20,000 nucleotides of DNA from an uncultured virus (IMG/VR IMGVR_UViG_3300021399_000148) (IMGVR_UViG_3300021399_000148), one strand, 5' to 3'. Positions 1-5,940 are shown, counted from the stretch's first letter. Notes: a model not told the origin generated them from the sequence alone. A program made the numbers and translations.

Positions 1-70
1 TAGGTTTAATAAAGGGTACGCGTTCAATTTTATAGCCCATCTCAAAAAATAAAAAAATCCTAAAAACCTC

Positions 71-99
71 TTGACAAATTTAAAAGTCTATGCTATAAT
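71..99 (+). promoter_or_regulatory. sigma-A promoter P1 (drives non-coding 106-201)
   Basis: TTGACA-17bp-TATAAT with extended -10 TG. Confidence 0.85.
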
Positions 100-105
100 A
101 TGATT

Positions 106-201
106 GTCCTCAAGAGATAGGACATAAAGAATTTCTCTTCGGCAAGGGCGTACCCGTTATCTAAGCCTTTCTCAATGGCACTACAAAGTGCCATTGAGAA
201 A
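106..201 (+). ncRNA. candidate small RNA
   Basis: No ORF between P1 and P2; 5' hairpin GTCCT/AGGAC and a perfect 15-bp inverted repeat at 168-201. Confidence 0.45.
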
Positions 202-224
202 AATAAAAAATTTAAAAAAAGGTA

Positions 225-253
225 TTGACAAACTTAAAAAACTATGATATAAT
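225..253 (+). promoter_or_regulatory. sigma-A promoter P2
   Basis: TTGACA-17-TATAAT with A-rich upstream element; nearly identical to P7. Confidence 0.9.
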
Positions 254-299
254 GTAAATGTAAGATAAAGGAAAACAAAAGTAAAAGAAAGGAAACACT

Positions 300-626
300 A
301 TGACTCAGAGAGAATTTTTCAACGCAGTTATCGCAGAAACTCAGAACACCGCAATCAAAGAGTTTGCAACGAACGCACTTCACAAGATGGATGAACGCAA
401 CGCAAACCGTTCTGCAAAACCGTCTAAGACTCAGATTGAGAACGCACCGCTCATTGCTCAGATTAAAGAGATTCTGACCACTGAACCGATGCTTGCAAGT
501 GAAATTGCAGAAAAGGTTGGAATCTCAACCGCCAAGGCTTCGGCACTCGTCAAGAAAGTCGAGGGTGTACACGTTACCGATGTAAAGGTAAAGGGAAAGG
601 GTGCGAGAAAGGCATATTCTCTTTAA
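300..626 (+). CDS. small protein with C-terminal winged-helix domain, paralog 1
   Basis: RBS AAAGGA; LASEIAEKVGISTAKASALVKK HTH pattern; similar to 2316..2648 and 5941..6297. Confidence 0.85.
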   Translation: MTQREFFNAVIAETQNTAIKEFATNALHKMDERNANRSAKPSKTQIENAPLIAQIKEILTTEPMLASEIAEKVGISTAKASALVKKVEGVHVTDVKVKGKGARKAYSL

Positions 627-666
627 TAAATAGGGTTTGCGGTCATCCCTTAAAACCGCATTATAT

Positions 667-750
667 GGGATTGTATCTTAAATGGCAAAGTATCTGACCT
701 AAATGCGTGCATATCAGACATTGTGGGTTCGAATCCCACCAATCCCACCA
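667..750 (+). ncRNA. tRNA-like RNA with 16-nt anticodon loop
   Basis: Acceptor GGGATTG/CAATCCC + ACCA; T arm GTGGG-TTCGAAT-CCCAC; anticodon stem TCTGA/TCAGA closes 16 nt. Confidence 0.8.
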
Positions 751-784
751 CAAATTGACACATTGTTACCTCCTTTTCTTAAAG

Positions 785-813
785 AGAACACCGCAAGTCG
801 GTGTTCTTTTTTT
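785..813 (+). terminator. intrinsic terminator
   Basis: AGAACACCG-CAAGT-CGGTGTTCT followed by T run. Confidence 0.85.
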
Positions 814-823
814 CTAGAAAAGA

Positions 824-869
824 CGAACATACGTTCGCGGCCGGCCAAATGCAGACGAACATACGTTCC
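824..869. promoter_or_regulatory. two LexA (Cheo/SOS) boxes, 824-837 and 856-869
   Basis: CGAACATACGTTCG and CGAACATACGTTCC match Bacillota CGAAC-RNRY-GTTYG. Confidence 0.75.
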
Positions 870-917
870 CGAAATGCGCCGGGCGCGATTGTATACAATA
901 TATTTTTAATTTAGGGG

Positions 918-946
918 TTGACATTCCTCTTCATATGTGGTAATAT
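918..946 (+). promoter_or_regulatory. sigma-A promoter P3
   Basis: TTGACA-17-TAATAT. Confidence 0.8.
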
Positions 947-976
947 TAATACAGAAAGAAGAAAGGAGGATAACAA

Positions 977-1135
977 ATGAACAGAACAAGAAAATTGCAT
1001 TACGTAGTTAATGGATACGGAGAAATAGTCGGGCGTTTTACCGATAGATACAGTGCGATTGCTTATATAAGATATTATCATTCTATTTGCCCTAAAGAGT
1101 GGGTATTTCTTAGAACGATAACGATAAAAGGGTAG
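977..1135 (+). CDS. hypothetical protein, 52 aa (MNRTRKLHYVVNGYGE...)
   Basis: Own promoter, RBS AAGGAGG; below ORF-track cutoff, translated manually. Confidence 0.75.
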   Translation: MNRTRKLHYVVNGYGEIVGRFTDRYSAIAYIRYYHSICPKEWVFLRTITIKG

Positions 1136-1201
1136 TATAAATACACAAGAAGACTTATTAATAGATACAAATAAAATTTAAAATTAATTTTTAAAAAGGG
1201 G

Positions 1202-1230
1202 TTGACATTCAACCCTTTTTATGATATTAT
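1202..1230 (+). promoter_or_regulatory. sigma-A promoter P4
   Basis: TTGACA-17-TATTAT with extended -10 TG. Confidence 0.8.
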
Positions 1231-1262
1231 AATTATAGAGAAAAGGAAAGGAGATAGGAACA

Positions 1263-1427
1263 ATGACAAAGATGGAAATGGTAAACAGAATGATAATTCT
1301 CGGATGCATCAAGGAATCTGACAGAGCAAACATGATGCGTAGAAGTAAGACAAGAATCACTGAAATCTATATCAGAATCGTTCCCGTCAGACTTGAATGG
1401 ATTGAAGAAAATAAGAAAAAGGGTTGA
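1263..1427 (+). CDS. hypothetical protein, 54 aa (MTKMEMVNRMIILG...)
   Basis: RBS AAGGAG; stop codon overlaps the -35 of P5; translated manually. Confidence 0.75.
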   Translation: MTKMEMVNRMIILGCIKESDRANMMRRSKTRITEIYIRIVPVRLEWIEENKKKG

Positions 1428-1452
1428 CAACCCTCTTCAATTATGTTATACT
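1424..1452 (+). promoter_or_regulatory. sigma-A promoter P5
   Basis: TTGACA-17-TATACT with extended -10 TG. Confidence 0.85.
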
Positions 1453-1483
1453 ATAGATACAATAAAGAAAGGGAGATAACATA

Positions 1484-1747
1484 ATGGAAATGACTAGAAT
1501 GCAGAGTATATGGAAGGAACTTAACTACATTGTACTTATCGCACTGATTGCAGGTCAGTGTGTTGTAAAAGCAGACTTTTTAATCGGTCAGTTTGTCTAT
1601 CTGTTCGCCAATGTAATGTCTTTCACTCGTTGCTTTGTTCTTGATAGACCAATTGCAGACAAAATCAAAGATGGATGTTGTTTAGGCATCACGACTGGAT
1701 TAATCGCAATGGTAATTCTTGAAAGTTATGGGATTCATATTGTATAG
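1484..1747 (+). CDS. small membrane protein
   Basis: RBS GGGAG; about three hydrophobic segments. Confidence 0.8.
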   Translation: MEMTRMQSIWKELNYIVLIALIAGQCVVKADFLIGQFVYLFANVMSFTRCFVLDRPIADKIKDGCCLGITTGLIAMVILESYGIHIV

Positions 1748-1767
1748 GAAAAAGAAGGGAGGAAGAA

Positions 1768-1983
1768 ATGCCTATCACAATTATTGGAAATATTGAAATT
1801 AATTTAAATGAAGTCATAGATATTAAATCTATTAAAGATAACATTGTAGATATGGTAGTAGACCAAATAGACTATGACATCTATAAAGAAATTATAGAAT
1901 ACAGTCCAAATTCTTATCAGGAACTTATTAAAGATTGTATGCTTTATATAGCACAATATCTTATCGAAGAATACGAGGGGTAA
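1768..1983 (+). CDS. small acidic hypothetical protein
   Basis: RBS GGAGG; 15 D/E versus 4 K in 71 aa. Confidence 0.8.
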   Translation: MPITIIGNIEINLNEVIDIKSIKDNIVDMVVDQIDYDIYKEIIEYSPNSYQELIKDCMLYIAQYLIEEYEG

Positions 1984-1995
1984 TACCCCTCTTTT
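1975..1995 (+). terminator. intrinsic terminator
   Basis: GAGGGGT-AAT-ACCCCTC-TTTT. Confidence 0.7.
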
Positions 1996-2013
1996 AGTTC
2001 GCGCCGGCCCGCG

Positions 2014-2028
2014 AATTGTCAGAATATT
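2014..2028. promoter_or_regulatory. CodY-like box
   Basis: AATTGTCAGAATATT, 13/15 to AATTTTCWGAAAATT; identical copy at 5229-5243. Confidence 0.6.
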
Positions 2029-2067
2029 CTGTGTTTACGAAAACGATTAAGACTTCATCGAAAACTA

Positions 2068-2096
2068 TTGACTTTCCTCTTCATTTGTAGTAATAT
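2068..2096 (+). promoter_or_regulatory. sigma-A promoter P6 (drives non-coding 2103-2180)
   Basis: TTGACT-17-TAATAT. Confidence 0.7.
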
Positions 2097-2100
2097 ATAC

Positions 2101-2180
2101 TTGTCAAGGGGAGATAAAAGAGTAAATGAAGAAACATGAGAAATCTGATAACAGAGTAATTGGAAAACTCCCCTTGACAA
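2101..2180 (+). ncRNA. candidate small RNA: 13-bp closing stem with 54-nt purine-rich loop
   Basis: TTGTCAAGGGGAG (2101-2113) / CTCCCCTTGACAA (2168-2180), starting at the predicted P6 start site. Confidence 0.45.
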
Positions 2181-2206
2181 AATTCAAAAAAAATTTAAAA
2201 AAGGTC

Positions 2207-2235
2207 TTGACAAACTTAAAAAAGTTTGATATAAT
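2207..2235 (+). promoter_or_regulatory. sigma-A promoter P7
   Basis: TTGACA-17-TATAAT with extended -10 TG. Confidence 0.9.
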
Positions 2236-2315
2236 AAAGACAAGATAAAGGAAAGGGAGACAGGAACTCCCAAAAGTAAAAATAGGTTGCGACTTACCGC
2301 AAGAAAGGAAAAGTT

Positions 2316-2648
2316 ATGACTAAGAGAGAATTTATGCAGATGGTTATCGATGGTGTTACTTCTGAGGAAATGGTTGCATTCGCTACCGCAGAAATCACAA
2401 AGATGGATGCTCGTAACGCAAAGAGGGCAGAGAAGGCGAAGGAAGTCAAGCCCGAAGATGTTGCACTGGATGCAAGAATCCATGAGGTTCTGACTTCTGA
2501 CTATCAGACCGCAACTGAAATCGCTAATCAGATTGAGGGTGTTACTCTCGCAAAGGTTGCGGCTCGTCTGAGAAAGATGGATGACATCTCGGTTATCGAT
2601 GGCGAGTCCCTCGGAATGGGTAAGAAGAAGGTCTACGCTCTCGCATGA
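2316..2648 (+). CDS. winged-helix protein, paralog 2
   Basis: MTKREF... N-terminus and KMDARNAKRA linker shared with 300..626; TATEIANQIEGVTLAKVAARLRK HTH. Confidence 0.85.
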   Translation: MTKREFMQMVIDGVTSEEMVAFATAEITKMDARNAKRAEKAKEVKPEDVALDARIHEVLTSDYQTATEIANQIEGVTLAKVAARLRKMDDISVIDGESLGMGKKKVYALA

Positions 2649-2659
2649 CCTCTTCAATG

Positions 2660-2688
2660 GGGAACGGACGAAAGTCCGTTCTCTTTTT
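2660..2688 (+). terminator. intrinsic terminator
   Basis: GGGAACGGAC-GAAA-GTCCGTTCTC-TTTTT. Confidence 0.9.
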
Positions 2689-2698
2689 GACCCAAAAA

Positions 2699-2712
2699 AG
2701 AACATACGTTCG
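2699..2712. promoter_or_regulatory. LexA box
   Basis: AGAACATACGTTCG. Confidence 0.7.
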
Positions 2713-2735
2713 CGGGCCGGACCGCGCCGGGCCGA

Positions 2736-2753
2736 TTGTTAAAAAATTAACTT
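2736..2753. promoter_or_regulatory. Rex-like operator
   Basis: TTGTTAA-AAAA-TTAACTT versus clostridial TTGTTAA-N4-TTAACAA (12/14). Confidence 0.45.
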
Positions 2754-2764
2754 TTAAAAAGGGG

Positions 2765-2793
2765 TTGACATTTCTTTTGATTTGTGGTAATAT
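2765..2793 (+). promoter_or_regulatory. sigma-A promoter P8
   Basis: TTGACA-17-TAATAT. Confidence 0.8.
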
Positions 2794-2821
2794 TAATATA
2801 GAAAGAGGAAAGGAGAAAAAA

Positions 2822-3037
2822 ATGAAAGTCAGAGGTTATAAGGATTTTAATGGTTGTCCTAAGTGTGGCGGATATGACTATGAAAGTTGGATTGATGGAT
2901 TCGATTTTCTTGATTTAGGTGAGCAATACATAGCCGTACATCATGTTGTTACTTGTAACTGTGGACACCATTACAGATTTGATGAGATTTATAAATATGA
3001 ATGTGACTTAATAAAAGAAAGAGAGGTTATCAAATGA
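2822..3037 (+). CDS. small Zn-ribbon-like protein, 71 aa
   Basis: Start moved to the ATG after AAGGAG; CPKCGG...CNCGH. Confidence 0.8.
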   Translation: MKVRGYKDFNGCPKCGGYDYESWIDGFDFLDLGEQYIAVHHVVTCNCGHHYRFDEIYKYECDLIKEREVIK

Positions 3038-3231
3038 AAATCACAACGAACCATCACGAACACAGATTCGTTCCTGTAGAAAATACAATCCACAACGTGA
3101 TTAAAATAATGGATATGTTGGATTGTACCTATCTCTACAACTCTAAAACTGGTGAAGTAATCAGAATTGAAGATTTATGTAAAACGGTTGATGTTCTGTC
3201 AAAATTTTGTCACGTAGATACGATGAATTAA
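3034..3231 (+). CDS. hypothetical protein
   Basis: ATGA overlap with the upstream gene; RBS GAGG. Confidence 0.75.
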   Translation: MKITTNHHEHRFVPVENTIHNVIKIMDMLDCTYLYNSKTGEVIRIEDLCKTVDVLSKFCHVDTMN

Positions 3232-3245
3232 TTTTAAAAAAGGGG

Positions 3246-3274
3246 TTGACAAATCCCTTTTTCCATGCTATAAT
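3246..3274 (+). promoter_or_regulatory. sigma-A promoter P9
   Basis: TTGACA-17-TATAAT with extended -10 TG. Confidence 0.9.
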
Positions 3275-3315
3275 TAACTTGTAAGTTAAAAAGATACAGA
3301 AAGGAAGTAACAACA

Positions 3316-3984
3316 ATGGTAAAAATTGACCGCAGAAAATCTTATTACATGGTATTCGATACGGAAACTTCTAACGGACTTGATGACCCAATTGTCTACG
3401 ATATTGGATTCGCAATTGTAGATAAAAAAGGCAATGTGTATGAAGCGAAAAGTTTCGTAATCTATGAAACTTTCTGCAAGATGAAAGACTTAATGCAGAG
3501 TGCATACTATGCGGATAAAATCCCTAACTATATTGAACAGATTGAAAATGGTGAAAGAAAAATTGTTCGATTCGCAACCGCAAAAAAGATTATGCGTGAA
3601 TTGTGCGAAAAGTATAATGTCAAGGCAATTATGGCACACAATGCGAGATTCGACTACAAAGCAACCGCAACCACTCAGCGTTACTTAACAAAATCTAAAT
3701 ACCGTTTCTTCCTTCCTTATGGTATTGCACTATGGGATACTCTGAAAATGGCAAGAGACACAATTTGCAAACAGACCATGTATAAAGAATGGGCAAGAAA
3801 AAACGGATATGTAACAAAAAACAATCAAGTAAAAGCAACCGCAGAAATCCTTTACAGATACATCAGCGGAAACAATGACTTCATCGAATCCCATACTGGA
3901 TTAGAAGATGTATTGATTGAGAAAGAAATCTTCGCCCACTGCATGAGACAACACAAATCCATGAGAAAAGAGTGCTTCGCTTGA
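3316..3984 (+). CDS. DEDDh-family 3'-5' exonuclease (DnaQ/RNase T-like)
   Basis: ExoI FDTETS, ExoII AHNARFD, ExoIII HTGLED motifs. Confidence 0.9.
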   Translation: MVKIDRRKSYYMVFDTETSNGLDDPIVYDIGFAIVDKKGNVYEAKSFVIYETFCKMKDLMQSAYYADKIPNYIEQIENGERKIVRFATAKKIMRELCEKYNVKAIMAHNARFDYKATATTQRYLTKSKYRFFLPYGIALWDTLKMARDTICKQTMYKEWARKNGYVTKNNQVKATAEILYRYISGNNDFIESHTGLEDVLIEKEIFAHCMRQHKSMRKECFA

Positions 3985-3996
3985 GCACTCTTTTTT
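3966..3996 (+). terminator. intrinsic terminator
   Basis: AAAAGAGTGCT-7-AGCACTCTTTT-TT. Confidence 0.8.
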
Positions 3997-4051
3997 GAGC
4001 ATGCTCAGTGCGGCCGGGCCAAATGTATACAATATTTTTTTCAAAAAACTA

Positions 4052-4080
4052 TTGACAAATTTATTTATTTGGTATATAAT
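4052..4080 (+). promoter_or_regulatory. sigma-A promoter P10
   Basis: TTGACA-17-TATAAT. Confidence 0.85.
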
Positions 4081-4109
4081 ATCTATAGTAAAAGAAAGGA
4101 GAAAATACA

Positions 4110-4262
4110 ATGACTATTACAAAAGAATTAAATGACTATTTAAAAGAAGTGATTCGCAATAGTTATAAATGTGCGCATTGTACCTTTAATCATTCGGGAA
4201 TTTGTTTCTTTGCTTATGAATGTATTAAAAAAGATTTTCAAAATTTTACCGAAGAAGATTGA
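4110..4262 (+). CDS. small Cys-rich protein, 50 aa (MTITKELNDYLKE...CAHC...C...C)
   Basis: Own promoter, RBS AAGGAG; translated manually. Confidence 0.75.
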   Translation: MTITKELNDYLKEVIRNSYKCAHCTFNHSGICFFAYECIKKDFQNFTEED

Positions 4263-4270
4263 AAAATCTC

Positions 4271-4299
4271 TTGACAACTTCCGCAATTGGGTGTATAAT
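4271..4299 (+). promoter_or_regulatory. sigma-A promoter P11
   Basis: TTGACA-17-TATAAT. Confidence 0.85.
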
Positions 4300-4331
4300 A
4301 TCTATAGAAAATAAAGAAAGGAGAAACAAAA

Positions 4332-4670
4332 ATGGGTGTGAGTTATTTAATGTCAATTGGTTTTGGAGTTATTGTTGACGAAGAGAAAGCCGAAACCATA
4401 GAAAAATACGTTAAGGAAAAATTTTCCGCAAATAAGGCAGACCTCTTCATAGGAGAGTATTTAACTCCTATTAATGCACGGACAAGTGAAGATTATTTTT
4501 TAGGGGTTATAAAAGACTTGAGCTATTCTGATAGAGTGAAGATTGATAATAATCTTTGTGATATGAGAGCAGTAGTAAAATTCTTGCACATGATTACTGA
4601 ATATGAAATCATTCAGTTTCTTTCTAAAAAAGATGAACCAGAATTTTATTTATTAAACTTTTGTTATTAG
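4332..4670 (+). CDS. hypothetical protein
   Basis: RBS AAGGAG; 112-aa ORF. Confidence 0.8.
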   Translation: MGVSYLMSIGFGVIVDEEKAETIEKYVKEKFSANKADLFIGEYLTPINARTSEDYFLGVIKDLSYSDRVKIDNNLCDMRAVVKFLHMITEYEIIQFLSKKDEPEFYLLNFCY

Positions 4671-4673
4671 GGG

Positions 4674-4702
4674 TTGACAAACCAATTCAAACATGATATA
4701 CT
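4674..4702 (+). promoter_or_regulatory. sigma-A promoter P12
   Basis: TTGACA-17-TATACT with extended -10 TG. Confidence 0.85.
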
Positions 4703-4745
4703 ATAGGTACAATAAAGAAAGACAGATGAAGAAAGGTAGGTAATT

Positions 4746-5099
4746 ATGGCAGTATCTCGCAAGGTAGAACGTGAAATGATTAGAACAAACTTTCTCAATC
4801 TCGTAGCGGATTATCTCCACTCGGTTGATGAAGAGGTTTTGCTCGTCAAGTCTAATGAAATCGCAATCCCTGTCGTGGGTTGTGAGGGCAATGAGGATTT
4901 TCTTGTAATCACTTTCAAAGTTCCCACTGGTGCAAACAAGGGGATGGAACCCTATGACGGATATGCAGAAGCCGAAAACTTTGAATTCAAGCAGATGGAA
5001 AAGGCGATGAAAATGCAAGAAAATGCCAAAAAGAAGGCAAAGAAAATTGCTCGTGATGAGGAAATCCGCAAGGCGAAAGCCAATCAGAAAAAAGAGTAA
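4746..5099 (+). CDS. hypothetical protein with basic C-terminal helix
   Basis: RBS AAGGTAGG; K/A-rich C-terminus. Confidence 0.8.
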   Translation: MAVSRKVEREMIRTNFLNLVADYLHSVDEEVLLVKSNEIAIPVVGCEGNEDFLVITFKVPTGANKGMEPYDGYAEAENFEFKQMEKAMKMQENAKKKAKKIARDEEIRKAKANQKKE

Positions 5100-5105
5100 C
5101 TCAAA

Positions 5106-5131
5106 GGCGGTCGGATTGACCGCCGTTTTTT
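5106..5131 (+). terminator. intrinsic terminator
   Basis: GGCGGTC-GGATT-GACCGCC-GTTTTTT. Confidence 0.85.
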
Positions 5132-5198
5132 ATTGTCAACTGCGCAAACAATAAAAGTATTATGTCAACCGCGCGCCGGCGTAAACGCGCCGGCATAA

Positions 5199-5212
5199 CG
5201 AACATATGTTCG
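5199..5212. promoter_or_regulatory. LexA box (perfect palindrome)
   Basis: CGAACATATGTTCG. Confidence 0.8.
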
Positions 5213-5228
5213 CAGGTCCGCCGGCCGA

Positions 5229-5243
5229 AATTGTCAGAATATT
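5229..5243. promoter_or_regulatory. CodY-like box
   Basis: AATTGTCAGAATATT, identical to 2014-2028. Confidence 0.6.
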
Positions 5244-5280
5244 TCAAATTTTAAGACTTCTTAAAATTCTAATTTCCCTA

Positions 5281-5309
5281 TTGACTTCCCATTAATAGTG
5301 TGGTATAAT
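5281..5309 (+). promoter_or_regulatory. sigma-A promoter P13 (no credible CDS downstream)
   Basis: TTGACT-17-TATAAT with extended -10 TG. Confidence 0.75.
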
Positions 5310-5325
5310 TAATTGGGGGAACTTA

Positions 5326-5367
5326 AATTGTCAGAATTTTCTGAATTGTCTGAGTTTTCTGATGTAT
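5326..5367. promoter_or_regulatory. tandem overlapping CodY-like sites with 9-bp period
   Basis: AATTGTCAGAATTTT / AATTTTCTGAATTGT / AATTGTCTGAGTTTT / AGTTTTCTGATGTAT at 5326, 5335, 5344, 5353. Confidence 0.6.
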
Positions 5368-5405
5368 ACAGTATCCCGTATTTTGTATACAGTATACGCG
5401 CGGGA

Positions 5406-5419
5406 CGAACGTATGTTCG
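5406..5419. promoter_or_regulatory. LexA box
   Basis: CGAACGTATGTTCG, the reverse complement of 824-837. Confidence 0.75.
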
Positions 5420-5445
5420 CGGTGTGTCAAATTTTACGGGTCGTA

Positions 5446-5783
5446 GGGAGCTGCAAAGCGAGCTGCGTTTGGTCAGCCAGGGAGCTGCGTCGCGCGGCTG
5501 TGAGGGAGCTGCGTTTACGCGCGGGCTAAGGAGCTGCATTTTCGAGGGAGCTGCGCCCCAGAAATTTGACAAAAAATTTCAAATTTTAAATAAACTTTCC
5601 TGAAAATTTGACTTTTAATTTCAAACTGTGATATAATATAAAAAAACAATTAAATTTTTGCAGCTGCAAAACTTGATTTTTAAAGTCAAATTTTAGCCGC
5701 GCAGATAATCCAAAAGAAGCTGCAATTTGAGAACTTCTGAAAATTCTAGTATACTATATATAGAAAGTGAGAGAGGGAGCTGC
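5446..5783 (+). repeat. co-oriented (G)GGAGCTGC repeats
   Basis: Copies at 5446, 5460, 5480, 5504, 5529, 5546, 5775; AGCTGC variants at about 5662 and 5718. Confidence 0.85.
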
Positions 5784-5851
5784 AAAAAATCCTCTCTTGT
5801 GCGGGAAGAGGGAAAAGAAAATTTGAAAACCTCAGAAAATCCTGCTATAAT
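5608..5851 (+). promoter_or_regulatory. three tandem promoters P14 (5608-5637), P15 (5727-5755), P16 (5823-5851)
   Basis: TTGACT-18-TATAAT; TTGAGA-17-TATACT; TTGAAA-17-TATAAT; P15 and P16 share the leader ATAGAAAGTGAGAG. Confidence 0.7.
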
Positions 5852-5940
5852 AATTATAGAAAGTGAGAGAAGAAAGTAACTCTTCTCAAAAGAAATGTGA
5901 CTGGCGCCCACTGCCCTAGTGTGGGAGAAAGAAGGATTCT

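Noticed and set aside
667..750. Suppressor tRNA or alternative genetic code (CTA within the loop)
   Set aside because: The loop is 16 nt with no proper U33 register, and genes here end normally at TAG, TGA and TAA.
703..909. 68-aa ORF
   Set aside because: No RBS; it runs through the tRNA-like RNA, a terminator and operator boxes.
2038..2069. CcpA/LacI-type sites CGAAAACGATT and CGAAAACTATT
   Set aside because: Only half-site similarity, and the second copy overlaps a -35; too weak to call, though worth including in a matrix scan.
2645..2821. N-terminal extension of ORF 2645..3037
   Set aside because: It crosses a terminator and promoter P8; the RBS supports a start at 2822.
3970..3990. HrcA CIRCE element (GAGTGCT...AGCACTC)
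   Set aside because: Half-sites are in the reverse order with a 7-bp spacer; it is explained as a terminator stem.
5309..5603. ORFs 5313..5603 (+) and 5309..5572 (-)
   Set aside because: No RBS; the peptide repeats simply mirror the DNA motifs.
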